DNA of 63,356 nt, counting the filler, from Neolecta irregularis DAH-3 (Eukaryota): NCBI GenBank assembly GCA_001929475.1. It is 15 parts of 15 records of this genome, joined end to end, with 100 filler letters (N's around TTAATTAATTAA, not from the genome) between each part and the next. Parts side by side here need not be neighbours in the genome. Positions count along the whole stretch, not along the records: positions 25,329 to 29,233 come from LXFE01002074.1; positions 29,334 to 35,048 come from LXFE01002091.1; positions 35,149 to 36,217 come from LXFE01002100.1; positions 36,318 to 37,480 come from LXFE01002103.1; positions 37,581 to 39,578 come from LXFE01002109.1; 10 more parts are not named here. One strand, 5' to 3'. The first letter of the stretch is position 1, and the number at the start of each line of letters is the position of its first letter. Below the pieces are notes generated by a model. It searched no databases, was not told the DNA's origin, and worked only from the letters and a program-made list of their open reading frames with translations. Shown here piece by piece: positions 26,826 to 39,414 of the stretch. The position numbers and the translations under genes were made by a program.

Positions 26826-28221
26826 ATGCCGAAAATTCTAGTCATTGGAGGACTTAGTTTCGCGGGAAGACATCTTTGTCTCATGCTACGAGACGAAAGA
26901 CTCATCGATAAGTTGTGTGTGGTTGACAAAAGACTTCCACAATTTGCTTATCTCGATGAAGAAATGGAGGAAATAATTTTTCCGCACTTCATACAAGGTG
27001 ATATGGGATGTGATGGTGCCTGATTCCACATTCATATGCCGAGCTGAATCATTAGATACCGTCAAGCAAGTCTTTTCTATGGAAGACTGGGACTGGGTTT
27101 TTAATTTTCAATCAGACGTACCATACAACCAAGAAGATGAGGTATACTACCTATAAATTTAATCTTTTCCTTTTGCTTGCAGATCTATAAACACGTTATT
27201 TATGATTCGGCTGTCAAATGTGGCAAAAAAGCAGCAGAACGAGGAGTTAAGTGTTACATCGCGTTGAGTAGTTTCGAAGTATACAAGATATGAAATCCGT
27301 ATGACAACTTTCAGGTATACAAATGCTCCCACGAGCAGCAAAAAGAAGAAGCACAGTTGAAACCTTCAACCAAAAGGGGGAAGTGGAAGATGAAGGCTGA
27401 AGAAGCATTACAAGCAATTCCAAAGTGTATTCCAGGGCCTTACAAATCATTAACCTCAAGTCTAAACTTGGTGATTGTTCGACCAGCAATGAAATATGGA
27501 CCTCACTGTTCTTCTGGTATTGGTATCGTGATTTTATTTGAGATCCATATAAAACTGATGCTTAAGCTACCACTTTTGCCCTCGGATCGGTATACCAATA
27601 TCTTGACGAGACATTTATCATACCCGGTAAAGCAAACACAAAGCATGTCATCCCTGTCCACCATATTCTGATAGTCCAGAAGGAATCTTGTACATGTACA
27701 AGATGTAGCTCGTGCATTCCTCCATCTCGCTAAATGGTATACACCAAGCACCAAGCCAACTCCAATATTCAATGTTGGCGGTAAATCAGACTGTAGTAAG
27801 TTCACAAACCCCTCATATACTAAAGAATTTAGCTCAAGAGACTCAAATTCCAATTTACAAAGCACTCTTCAATATTGAGATCAAGTTCCTCGACTCTCTT
27901 TTTTCATCATTATTTTTTAAATCCAAAATGGACGAACTTTGCAGCGAAATCAATGATTCCACCCTCTCGGTCTGGAACGAAATGCTTCGAAAGGCAGAAA
28001 TCCTTGTCACTCCAATAAGTCCATATCTTGATTCGGAATTCTTGGAGCTGAAGGAGATTGCAATAGACGGAACCAAGATTGAAAGGGATACTGGATTTGC
28101 CTACTCAAAACCACATCCCAAAATTGAATACTTCCAAGAGATGCTTCAAGATTATATTAAAAGGGGACTTTGGCCGGATGTAGTTGCAAAGGGGAAGATT
28201 CAAAAAGTTCAAAGGGTTTGA
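26826..28221 (+). CDS. NAD(P)-dependent epimerase/dehydratase (extended SDR)
   Basis: KILVIGGLSFAGRHL, GKWKMKAEE, IVRPAMKYGP, NLVHVQDVARA and IDGTKIERDTGF. About 7 introns, one GC-AG. Confidence 0.85.
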
Positions 28222-28654
28222 AATATCATATTCAAATTGGTCTGTGTTCTCAAGTCGGAATATTAGGAGGATGCGATGAAGTAGATTCTGTGTTCTCTTT
28301 TAGGCAGTCATACAATCAAGCACGGAGAGCGATTATTATTGAAAGAAGATGAATTCTTTCCTGTCAGCAGACACTACACAAATAGCTCGAAATAATATTC
28401 ATAAAAGTTCCCTGAAAACAGTAGCATTGCCACCGTGGAGCTTAGATATGAGATTGGTCATCGAACAAATGAGATTATTCAAGCTACAAAGGCCATTGAA
28501 CCTTCGAACGTCATTGATGAGAATGTTGAGTTTCAGTGAAAGCTCTTTAAGTGATTACATGAATTGATTCTGAACAAAAAGTCAATGCCTATTACACCTA
28601 CACATAGTTCATAGAGGTTGTAGCAAAGTGTCGTGATACAGTGATCAGGATGAT

Positions 28655-29027
28655 ACGACATGAATTTTGCATGTGCAGCATACTTCACCAATGAAAGAAA
28701 TGGCCAGATAGAAATCTTCTATGTTAGCAATTTTGGTTATTTTGTGAATATTGTATTGCACCTATCCTAATTGTTGAAAAAAAAGGTTGACCTGCCGCAC
28801 GCCGGAGGGTCTCCGGCGGCGTCGGGCGGGCGGTGGACACACTGTTAGCACTTTTCTTCTTTAGTGATTGCAGGATTGTAAACACCAAGTCTGAACCACA
28901 AAATGTTATCAGACTGTATATTAGCAATTCCTACCGGTTGGTTTTAGCCGCCCGCCCGCCAGCCAGCCGGAAAACTATTTATCCGCCCGTCCGCCGAAGG
29001 CTCGAGGTCGGGCGGTTAGACACACTG
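28655..29027. mobile_element. hAT-like transposon end(s) with GC-rich CCGCC subterminal repeats
   Basis: 28665-28795 is homologous to 38495-38625 and partly to 36755-36800. Termini GGTGGACACACTG (28844) and GTTAGACACACTG (29027). Confidence 0.65.
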
Positions 29028-29774
29028 TCTAAAACCAAACAAAAAACGAAATGAGATAGAATCCTGTACATTCCAACGCATTGTACTCTCTGCAACCCCC
29101 CTCCTCGAATCTTTACTCGATATTATCTTTAATGATAGTTCGAGAAAAAGCCGGACTTTTTGAAACAAGCTTGCCTCATGTTGCACACACTGTAGTTTGT
29201 TTGCGGATAATCTCCGATCGGTCTCCTTTTTTTNNNNNNNNNNNNNNNNNNNNNNNNNNNNNNNNNNNNNNNNNNNNTTAATTAATTAANNNNNNNNNNN
29301 NNNNNNNNNNNNNNNNNNNNNNNNNNNNNNNNNAGAAGGGCGACCAGCGGCGGCAGCGCAATCCGCGGCAGCGACGCGGCGTCGGGCGGCGGCAGGCGCA
29401 GCGCGGAGGGTTCCGCGGGCATGGGGATGGTGGTGAGCGTGGTGGTGAGCTTGGTGGAGTGTCGCTGGACTGGCTGCGGTGCTGTTCTCGTTCTTCTGCG
29501 TCCTGTTCTGTCTCTGTCCTGCTCTTCCTCTGAGTCCTGTTCTGTCTGTGGAGTCCTGTTCTTCCTGTCCCACTCTGTCACCTGTTCGTCCTGTTCTCTG
29601 TCCTACTCTTCCTCTGTCCTACTCTTCCTCGTAGAGCCCTACTCTCCACACGCTTACTCTCCACGCGCCTACTCTCCACACTCCGACTCTCCACGCGTCC
29701 TACTCCTCCTACTGTCACTGCAAACACACCCACCCCGTCTGTCTCACGCCCTCCAGCCTGTGTCCGTCTGCCCG

Positions 29775-29802
29775 CCTAACCCTAACCCTAAGCCCTAACC
29801 CT
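29775..29802. repeat. Interstitial telomere-like (CCCTAA)n tract, about 4 units
   Basis: CCTAACCCTAACCCTAAGCCCTAACCCT, downstream of low-complexity TCTG/TACTCTCCAC repeats. Confidence 0.7.
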
Positions 29803-29858
29803 TATATGTCCTCCTTCCCCTCCCTATATAACTGGGCCCTTCCCCTCTCTGCCGTCAT

Positions 29859-30472
29859 ATGCTCCCCTCCCCTGCGGCCGTCTATTCCCCCTTTGACCCT
29901 GCCGCTATCACTCTCCCTGTAAAAGAGAACTGGTGCATCACACATGTCTCCTCCTGCACCTTGATCTGCAAGGACGAGTACGGCGACTCGACAGAAACCC
30001 TCCAGAATGGTCCCCTCTCCCTTTTCGTTCGCCCGCTGACCCCAGACTGCGATCCGGCCTCGCTCAGCTGGGCTTGTGTTTGCCAGGGCGACAGAACGCC
30101 AGACCTTGCAGTCTACTCCCTCACTGTCCCCTACTTTGAGTGTGTCCAAGTCGTCCAAGTATCCCTCCTTCTTGCTCTCGCTCACCCCAGGATTGCATCC
30201 TCGCCTGTCCCCCCGGAGGCAACAGCTGTGCCGCCGCCTGCAATGCACAAAAGTCGTGTGGCGCCGCCAGTCCCAAAACCACATCCAATTCCACTTTAAA
30301 TGCCACTCTCCCCTCACCCTCAGCCACCTCCTCAGCTCCAGACGCTGCTTACACGGGCTTTGGAACAACTTCAAAATCATCAACCCACTCCGCCAGTGCT
30401 GCTCGCCCCACTCCTCGGCTTGCACTCCTCGCCCTTCTCATGGCATATATTGCCGCCAATCTTTTGGTCTAG
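29859..30472 (+). CDS. Cysteine-rich, probably GPI-anchored cell-surface protein (start uncertain)
   Basis: WC...SCTLIC...N|DCDPASLSWACVC...PD...YSLTVPYFEC|DCILAC...C...C...CG, then a Ser/Thr stalk and hydrophobic tail LALLALLMAYIAANLLV. Confidence 0.7.
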
Positions 30473-30738
30473 ATCGTATTCGGTTTAGTAATTAACTGCA
30501 ATCCCCCACCTGAATAATCCATCCGCGTCCTGCCTACTTTTCCCCTTACAGCTTGCCCTGATGCAACCCTGGGCAAACCCCAGTCCGAGTAAGCAAACAC
30601 CTAGTACTACAGACCTTGGCACTATCAACGAGGCCTCTTGTAGCAAAACACCCCTTTTCCCTGCTCGGCGGTCGGACGGTATGTAGTACACGTGGCCATA
30701 AAAGTCATAACCTGTAAGACGCCGTACACACAGCCTTC

Positions 30739-31866
30739 ATGAACGAGGTTGCAACATCGTTTGGAAAACCCACAAAGCGCAAACGCCGATGGGTCAAATC
30801 CTTACTTTTGATCAATAAACTCAGAGGCCAAGGCTATTCATCCGCAGAAAGCGACGATTTTGACAACGATGACGTAGTCCAAGCAGAAGACCATCGTCGG
30901 AGCCTGTCTCGACGAGCCCAGTATTCAAAGGAAGTGGATTCACAGTACTGGTTAGAAATGATTGATTCTAAACATCGCTATGGCGGTAATTTGAAATGCT
31001 ACCACGACTTTTGGCTTAAGAAATCCAGAACAAAGCAGAGTTTTTTCTACTGGTTAGACCACGGCGAAGGAAAACATCTCGATTTACCGTATTCGCCAAG
31101 AATCCAGCTAGACAGCGAACAGATCCGGTACTTGACAAAAGAAGAGCGATTGAGTTATCTCGTTTGCATTCAAAATGGATTACTACTCTGGGCCAAAAAC
31201 GATGAAAAGATTACAACCTCGACGTGCTATAAAGACTCCAAACAGGGGATCGTCCATCAAGATGTTCCCGACCTTGAAAACGACGATTCGCATCTTTTAA
31301 GTTTGTCTTTGAGCAGCACGACGAGCAGCGGCAGCGACATACGGGAAGATCGATACGTGGATTCCAGGTCACCATGGCACATTAGTCCAAGTGCACTCAT
31401 GAACCGGTTACTCCGGAAAACAACAGGACCCAACACGTATGTCTATGGAGAAATGACTCTAAACCCACAGATGGATATTTGTTACCGATCCACAATGGAG
31501 AATATACATTGGCCTCAAACAAGCCGGTTCCTTTCAACACTCGTAATTCCCGTGAAAATCCCCCATATACCCCTAACTTTTTCCAGATCATTCCTTCGCG
31601 GCGCCCGAGTTTCTTCCGCCGGTCTAATTGAACTCCAAGACGGCAAAATCACGTCCTTGTCTCCTCTCTCCGGACACTACAGATGCTCCACAAAACAATT
31701 TCGCCGGCTAATACGTGTATTAAAAGAAAAACACGTAGATCTATCGCAAACGAAAATCAGCAAATCATATTTTATCTTGTATGCGCTCGAAATGTTACAC
31801 ATTAATTCCCTTGCAAACTCGAAAAAGAGAGCAGACAGTATGAAAGACTCGCTTGAGTGGGACTAA
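30739..31866 (+). CDS. IQM-family (IQ calmodulin-binding motif protein-like) protein
   Basis: YWLEMIDSKHRYGGNL, SFFYWLDHGEGK, spliced WIFV...YIGLKQAGSFQHSSFLRG and LSPLSGHYR. Confidence 0.85.
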   Translation: MNEVATSFGKPTKRKRRWVKSLLLINKLRGQGYSSAESDDFDNDDVVQAEDHRRSLSRRAQYSKEVDSQYWLEMIDSKHRYGGNLKCYHDFWLKKSRTKQSFFYWLDHGEGKHLDLPYSPRIQLDSEQIRYLTKEERLSYLVCIQNGLLLWAKNDEKITTSTCYKDSKQGIVHQDVPDLENDDSHLLSLSLSSTTSSGSDIREDRYVDSRSPWHISPSALMNRLLRKTTGPNTYVYGEMTLNPQMDICYRSTMENIHWPQTSRFLSTLVIPVKIPHIPLTFSRSFLRGARVSSAGLIELQDGKITSLSPLSGHYRCSTKQFRRLIRVLKEKHVDLSQTKISKSYFILYALEMLHINSLANSKKRADSMKDSLEWD

Positions 31867-32136
31867 TAGCATAGAGGACAACAATGACGAGAAAAGCAAT
31901 GCGGAGAAAACATCTGCACAACAAATCTTGATAAAGTAAATTTCTGTCTGAAAAAGTACTCACTCGTTTACCGTATTCCGTGCAATCTTGCCATCACTTT
32001 AATTTATTTTTTCCAGGAATATTATGATATTAATGACATAGAATCTAGTGATAATGTATATTTTTCACGGATATTAATTCGATAAATGGATCTTGCGGGG
32101 GGCATATTTACTCAAACAACCACCGTTTTACACCAA

Positions 32137-34210
32137 TTATCCCTTCCACCGACGTTCGCCGTCTTCGTCATCCATATGGTTTTCTTCATGTTCCTTTCGA
32201 TCTCCTTCGTCGTCGTCTGCGGGGAACATGGATTCGTGACAAGGAGACGTTGACGTCCATGATAATTTTACTTGTCCGACACCAGGGATATTACCATTGC
32301 TAGCCATAAACTAAATTAATAAGAACCCCATTTTTCATGGAGCTGTACATTTTCAGCTATCCAGCGTTCTTTAAAGTGAACTGTTTGTTGATCTGACTCT
32401 TTTGTAATACTTTCGTAATCACCGATTTGCTATAGTTGTAAGTAAACAGAGTATCTCATGGCGTACAAATAGAAATTGACACAATTGTTCATCTGTACCG
32501 CTGGGGATTTGAGTAATAGTAATTGACTTTGGCCTGTTATCCAACTTTTTCGAACCAAGCGGAGCTCGACCGCGGGACGCCAGGCCACCACGACCCCCTC
32601 TATACCCCCGGCCGCGGGAAAAGGGATACGCACGAGTAGCCTGAGCAGCGTCAATTCCAAGTTCAGCAGCCTATTATTTTTGTCAGTATGAAATCCAAGA
32701 GGAACCCAACTTCGGCTTGTAGAGCTTGCAACTGCGCACGGAGGACGTCTCCAGTACTCTTAGTCGTACCACTTTTCTGCACAGTGATTTCAGTTTCCCC
32801 TTGGTGCGACAACGGCGGTTCAGCAATTTTGGAATCAACCTTGTGATTCTTTTGTTTAGCGAGTAATTCGTCAAGTTCTCTTTGTTGGCGAGCCTGTTTT
32901 TCCAATAATTCCCTTTTTTGCCGTTCAATTTCGGCAAGCTTCAATTCACGTTCTTTTTTCTTGGCTTGTCTGGCTTCAAATTCAGTTTGCTTGAGTTGGA
33001 TGAGTTTGGCTAGGTCTTGCGGTGATTGAGTGGGTGTGCTTGGCGGGATGATTGGTTTTTTGGAAAAAGAAGGTCTGCGAGATCGTATATCGGATTTTCG
33101 TTCCCAAAAGACTTTGACGAAACGGTTGTTGAAGATGGGTTCAGGGGAATCGTAAGCACGTTTTGCGTCGTGGTATTTAGCGAATTTGATGACGGCTTGA
33201 TTGAATTCAGGTTGCATCGTCAGTGATTCAAGAGTTCCAAAATTGCTGAAAAATTGTTCAACGAGGGATTGGTCTAATTTTTCCGCGGGAATATTTTGCA
33301 CGATGAGAGATGTGATTGACTCGTCATAGTTTGGTCCACGGGGAGGAAGTGGCGGTCTCGACTGCTGCGATATATGTGATCCGTTCATTCCTCCACGAGG
33401 TCCTCGAATTGTACCCCTCCCACGCCCTCGGATGCCTTGTGTGCTTCGACGGCCCGGTAAAAGCCCGTTGGCTGGATCATAAGCACCTAGAGATTGAGCG
33501 GCAGTTGAAAAGAATTCAGGTACCAGCCGAGTCTAGGGGGACCTGTGGATTCTCGCTTCCGTTGACAATAATCCTGTCTGTACCATGGTCAAATGGACAC
33601 TACTTTCAGCAAGACAAGGCAAAAATAGCCTTACCGTATCTCCCCGCATGCAAAATCCCTTCTCTAGCAAGTCAATATACCAGAAGAAAATATTAAGCTT
33701 AATACCTTCATAATCTCTACATTTTCCTGTTCTCTGGGGTTGCTGCATCCCGTTTCCCCAGACAGGAAACGGCACCAATGACGGCCACGGGTTTGAAAAA
33801 TCGGCAGGGCCATCGGGAAATTGGAATGACGATGTTCCGTTTCTGCCTTGCTGGTCGCTGCTATACCGTGCGACCTTTTTTGAACAGGGCCCGCTGGGTT
33901 GGTCATTTGGTCGTTTCTTTGCCACCGGCTGCGTTTGGTGCGCCGGGAACGAGAGAAAACTCTTACATCTCAGGGCTTCAAAAAGATCCTGCACGAAAGC
34001 GGAGGTATCGACACGCAGAAAGTCTTCGAGTTGCCGAAGACAAAGTTCGCGGATTTCCGTCGGAGAGGCATTGTCGTGAGTGAGCAGGGCGAGAATATAG
34101 TCGCCAAGAAGATTGACGTCGGCATCGCAGATGGGTGCAAGCAGTTTGGCAAGATAATCCTTGAGGGCCTCGCGTTCGGAAGGGTTGAAGAGTGGGGAGG
34201 GCAGGTCCAT
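32137..34210 (-). CDS. RBM26: RBM26/27-like PWI-CCCH-RRM RNA-binding protein (Rmn1-like)
   Basis: PWI LAPICDADVNLLGDYILALL; spliced CCCH CRDYEEKGFCMRGDTCPFDHG; RRM LIVQNIP...IFNNRFVKVFW; coiled coil; second RRM. Confidence 0.88.
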
Positions 34211-34487
34211 CGGAGGGTTGGTGGTTGGCAAATGCACCTGAATAATAAATTTTTCCACGACGGCTGGGAGGCTATGCTCTTCAATTGCGTATCTAGGTCT
34301 GTCACTTTTTATCAAGCTGTATACATTTGCTTCAATAAACCCTTATGGCTGTTGGTACAAGGAAATCAGGATATAAAATGATACTGCAGAGGGGGGATGC
34401 CATCGACATAAAATGAAACCGTGCCACTGCAGAATAGGCGCGGGCGCCGGGAGCAGCACGGCCCTGTTGAGGAGGAAGACACGGTTC

Positions 34488-34927
34488 TCAAGGCTGGTGG
34501 GCGGCGGGCTGCGGGCTGCTGTGGCTGTGGCTGGGCGAGATCAGGCCGAGCAGCAGGTTTGCAGCCTCTTCGTCGATGGATGCGGGCGGAGTCTTTGGCG
34601 GGAACGCTGCGAGCGGCTGGGCAGGCGCGCACAAGGAGCGGAGAAGCCCCGGCGCCTGCTGCTGCGCAAACGCGCCGTATGTCTTTGCGCTGCAGGCGTT
34701 GCGCGATGCCAGTTGCTGCTGCAGCTGGGCGGCGGTCGCGCGCGGCTGCTTCTTCGGATACAGCTCGACCAGCGTCTGCAGCGGCGGCTGCTTGATCTTG
34801 TTCTTGCCCACGCGGAACCCGGCGATCTGCAGCCGCGCGCACAGCTGGCGGCAGCGCTACGCCTCAGCACCGGCACGGACGGCAGACCCACCTTGGCGAC
34901 ATCATCGTTGTCTGTGCGGGCAGGCAT
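34488..34927 (-). CDS. Small GC-rich protein with possible Whi5-like (G1/S repressor) motif
   Basis: Spliced MPARTDNDDVAK|RCRQLCARLQIAGFRVGKNKIKQPPLQTL resembles the LxxRLxxAxxKV Whi5/Nrm1 motif. Also DEEAANLLL. Confidence 0.4.
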
Positions 34928-35361
34928 GCGAGCAGAGGACAGCGCAGGCGAGCAGAGTAGCGCTGAGGGTGCGCTCAACCACAGCGGCCGCTCCTTCACG
35001 CGCGTGCCGCCTGGTCACGTGCGCGCTGACCCGGAAGCGGCAGCCACANNNNNNNNNNNNNNNNNNNNNNNNNNNNNNNNNNNNNNNNNNNNTTAATTAA
35101 TTAANNNNNNNNNNNNNNNNNNNNNNNNNNNNNNNNNNNNNNNNNNNNTAGCTGTGAGTGTGACACCTTGTCTTTGTACAGGTGTTCACACCACAGGTGC
35201 TGCCATCCCTTACATAGGGTCTGTGGTATGATTACTACAATAGTACCACTGAGAAGCAATTTTGTCAGGCCTTTGTGGCATTGACCAAAAATTGGCTATT
35301 TCTAGACCTGTCAATATCACCACCAATCATTCTCATTCTCTTCTCATCATTCCGATTCGAA

Positions 35362-36217
35362 ATGATATCTCCGCTCCTGGGCCGGTCGACTAAAAAAAAG
35401 AATCATTTCCATATTTCGCCTAATCGATTTCAACCCCCGCACAAGACGCCCCTTTATAAATCGGTGATAGTGCGAGTTGTTTCTGCAGCGATTATAGTAA
35501 TCTATATGATGTCTGTGATGTCTAGTAAGACCTACGAAGTGGAGAATCCGTTTAATCTGCCTAATGTGGAATATTACGATTTGGGGGAGAGCAAGGGAAC
35601 TAATCGTGGATGGGAGAGGGGTGAACAGGTGCTGATGTGTGTGCCTTTGCGAGATGCGGAACCTCACATATCGATGTTTTTTAATCACTTGAAGAAAATG
35701 ACGTATCCTCACGGGCTGATTGACATTGCATTTCTTGTATCTGATTCCAAAGACAACACGCTGAGCAGGCTGCTAGAGGCGCTTGACGATTTGCAGGGGA
35801 CTGAGCTTGCGTTTGGGGAGATCAGCGTTATCGAGAAGGATTTTGGGCAGGCTATCGGACAGAGTTTTTCGGACCGGCATGCGATTGAAGCCCAAGCGTC
35901 GCAGAGGAAGCTGATGGCGAAAGCACGCAACTGGCTGCTGACAAATGCGATCAAGGCGGAGTACTCGTGGGTGTACTGGAGGGATGCGGACGTGGAGAGC
36001 ATTCCGGCGACGATACTGGAGGTGAATTGCGGGAGCGGCGGGGGCTAAGCGGCAGGATCTGATGCACCACGACGAGGACGTGATTGTGCCGAATGTGTGG
36101 CGGCCGCTGCCGGAGTGGCTAGGCGGGGAGCAGCTGTGTACGTGGGAGTGCGGGCGGGCGGCTGACGGACAGACGACCTGAACTCGTGGCAGGAGTCTGA
36201 GACGGCGCTGCAGCTGG
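35362..36217 (+). CDS. ANP1: Golgi mannan polymerase subunit, Anp1/Van1 family (3'-truncated by gap)
   Basis: Type II TM anchor, VLMCVPLRDA, MTYPHGLIDIAFLVSDSKD, RKLMAKARNWLL, WVYWRDADVE and VPNVWRPLPEWLG. Confidence 0.9.
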
Positions 36218-36814
36218 NNNNNNNNNNNNNNNNNNNNNNNNNNNNNNNNNNNNNNNNNNNNTTAATTAATTAANNNNNNNNNNNNNNNNNNNNNNNNNNN
36301 NNNNNNNNNNNNNNNNNACAATGTATACCCAGCAATTGGAGCGATTGCTCTTTCAGTCAATATGGGCAAAGCTGCTTGTCTATCTCGAGACTAACTTGTT
36401 CTTACTGGACAGAGATTGCTACATAGATTATGTGACAATACCGTAAACGTGGACAATTAGTTAAAGCTTGATCTTGACCATGGATCATATTTTGATCACC
36501 TTCATTTAGTGCTAGATAGCTAGAAAATGAGCAACATTTATTACCACCTGTAACCCTTGTTTTCAACTACTCCACGATCCCGCACAACAATAGATTATTC
36601 AGCACCCACTTTGACCAAACAGTCTTTTGATAACCAAACGTTTGAAGAACTTCCTTTAAATCTTCATCTGGGAGAATATCTCATGGATAAGATTTGATTT
36701 AAACAACAAGACATACTGGAGCAGTCATTATGCGTTCTTTGCAAACAAAATTAAGTGAATTTGGTATTGCACCTATATAAATTGTCAAAAAGGCCACCCG
36801 TCATTAGGGCACGT

Positions 36815-37020
36815 TACTGAAGCTTGTTGATTAATTACTCTATGGATGCACCTGCTTGATACTGATTGATGTGTGAACTATTTACGTGACTTATCCTCAA
36901 ATATCCAGAGATTAGAGGTTATTAGCAGGTACGTTGAAGGTTGTTGATAAATTACTCTATGGATGAACTGCATATGATTGTTGTGAACTATTACATGAAT
37001 ATCCAGATTAGAGATCATTC
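36815..37020. repeat. Degenerate tandem duplication (unit about 115-120 nt)
   Basis: TTGTTGATxAATTACTCTATGGATG...GTGAACTATT...ATATCCAGA occurs twice. Confidence 0.7.
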
Positions 37021-37859
37021 AACAACAATCATCCGCATATTAGAGGCACTCTGCACAGACCAAAGCCCCCTTTCACAAAAAAGAATTTCAAGCCAAATCA
37101 TTGAACCTACAAACCCTGTCTCGTTTCCATTCTCGCGAGGCCATCGGTTGGTTATATCTAGCAATGATGGAACCTCGATTCGGTAACTGGTCATGCGTTT
37201 TGATATTCCCACATAACTTGCTTTGAAATCTTCCCTTGTAGGAAAGATGAATGGTGTCCGGAACCGGCCACCTTTCCAAAAAAAACATAAATTTCAAAAT
37301 ACCAACTTTCTCCAACACCAGCTATTAAAAATGGAAATTAATAAGCAGATGGTACAATTAGATATCACAGATTTAGAAAATAGAAGATTTAATTCAAAAA
37401 AAGTAGCTGCAGCTTGTTGCAGAGCCGGTGAAATTCTCACAAGTTCTGAACACTTATCCGATCCGTGTCTCACTTCCAACNNNNNNNNNNNNNNNNNNNN
37501 NNNNNNNNNNNNNNNNNNNNNNNNTTAATTAATTAANNNNNNNNNNNNNNNNNNNNNNNNNNNNNNNNNNNNNNNNNNNNGTTAGATACTATTTTCCATT
37601 TACTCATATCCGTAACTTAGGCTAAGTATGACCCTTTGAAGTTCCCGTAATTTAGCCTGGGAAATAAATCCTAGTCTTCTTTGTACTCGAGTGTTTTTTG
37701 ACTTTCAGTATCTCTATTAATTCTGCTTAGCGCATCTACTCTCTTTTTACATTGCCTATCGTTCCCCATGCATTTCCAAGCACCATCCTCTAGCTTGCTC
37801 AATCCTTTGAACATATCTGTAAGCTTAACGCCAAAAGTTACAAATATTTCAACTTTTCA

Positions 37860-38068
37860 AGACCAGACACCTTCAATATCACCCAGCGAGATTGATATTG
37901 ATATGCCAACCTCCAGTTGGTCCTGAACTTAATAATGATGATTGCAACTATGATGGCATTGATTGGAACCGACTACCAGATTACCAAAGGCCCTATCAGG
38001 AGCTCCAACGAACTCCAAGCTTTATTTGGAAGTATGGCTCTCGTATTCAGACCAAGCTGTTAGCGTAA
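37860..38068 (+). pseudogene. Fungal hAT transposase N-terminal remnant
   Basis: Reads YDGIDWNRLPDYQRPYQELQRTPSFIWKYGSRIQ, resembling the IDWxRLP...SWIxxHG segment of fungal hAT transposases as recalled. Interrupted by a stop and a probable frameshift. Confidence 0.45.
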
Positions 38069-38489
38069 GCTTTGATACTCCAGAGTACAAATAAGACCAG
38101 GTTTATAGTACTAGCCTAAGTGTTGTATCTCAGGCCAGATATTCTAATTACATCAAGTTTATATTCGGTCATAAAGGCCGCAATATAATTCCACGCCTCT
38201 TGCCATATCCGTAAGGTGTACCTGAAGGGTACATTCTTACAGTTAGGTTGTATGGCGGTTTGGCAGTTTCCTCTATGTGATACTTCTTCAAGGGTCCCCC
38301 TTTGGCTTTCCTGTATTGAATTTGTTGACAGACCATAAGTTTTGCCTTTAAATTCTGATCCCCATAGTGTTTGTTTCGTTTGAATACATTATTTTGTTGT
38401 TCAACTGTGAATTGATGGCAATTTGCTCAATGTTATACTCGCAAGATGTATCACAGATCACGTGGCACATGATCAAGATGATTCGATGT

Positions 38490-38748
38490 GAACTTTTTAT
38501 GTGCAGCATGCTTAAACAATGAAAGAAATGGCCAGATAGAAATCTTTTTATATTAGAAATTTGGTTATTTAGTGAATATTGTATTGCACCTATCCTAATT
38601 GTTAATTGTCAAAAAGGACGACCCGCCCACCAGCCCGCCCGACCACCGGAAAGGGTTTGACCCGCCCGTCCGACCGCCAGAGATTGATTGACCCGCCCGT
38701 CTGCCGGAGTATCTCTAGCGGGGTCGGGTGGGGCAGGTGGACACTCTG
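38490..38748. mobile_element. hAT-like transposon terminus (same family as 28655-28844)
   Basis: About 130 nt of homology to 28665-28795, GACCCGCCC repeats and terminal GGTGGACACTCTG. Followed by a CAAG/CAAGT microsatellite (38757-38858). Confidence 0.65.
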
Positions 38749-38976
38749 TAAAAATCTATCAAGCAAGTCCATCCAAGCAAGTCCAAGTATGCAAGTAAAT
38801 TACCAAGTAAGTCCAAGCAAGCAAGTCCAAAGGGCTGAAATATGCAAGCAAGCAAGTCTGGGCACAGCCCTATTAATTCCACATCAACAATCAAATGATA
38901 ATCTGTGCTATGATTCATATAACAAATAAACTTGCTACATGATAACCTACTCACTATAGCCCTCAACATCCAACTA

Positions 38977-39414
38977 TTAAAATTCCAACCAAAACTGAAC
39001 CAATGTGCAATTGTATCCGGTCGGTTCCGTGTAGTGGATCCCCTTCAACCCCCCACAATCGAAAAACGGATCCTGATCCCGCAACTCCAATTGATACAAG
39101 CCAGGTTGTTCGTATTCCTGCAGGATGAATTCAGTTACAGGATTGCCGTTCTTAGGTGTTGTCGCGACAAGCTCCCCAATATCATCAGTGAAGTACACCA
39201 CAAGATCGCTCGTTTTGAGAACAAACTGGTCCATCATAAACACAAGTGAATTATTATACGAAGTGCTAAGCACATAGCTGTTGTTTGCCGCAGAACCGAG
39301 GCGATTTCCCAATGTATTAGTGCCTGGATAATACGAACGGAGGTAGAAAGGGACGTCCAACTCGATGGAGAATGCAGCGACGACAAAAGTAAGGAGAATA
39401 TAAAAGAGAGACAT
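38977..39414 (-). CDS. Small secreted protein (145 aa), candidate effector
   Basis: Intronless ORF with signal peptide MSLFYILLTFVVAAFS and two C-terminal Cys. No recognisable domain. Confidence 0.7.
   Translation of the reverse strand: MSLFYILLTFVVAAFSIELDVPFYLRSYYPGTNTLGNRLGSAANNSYVLSTSYNNSLVFMMDQFVLKTSDLVVYFTDDIGELVATTPKNGNPVTEFILQEYEQPGLYQLELRDQDPFFDCGGLKGIHYTEPTGYNCTLVQFWLEF

Noticed and set aside
34366-35100. Multiple long overlapping ORFs
   Set aside because: Expected from stop-codon scarcity in GC-rich sequence.
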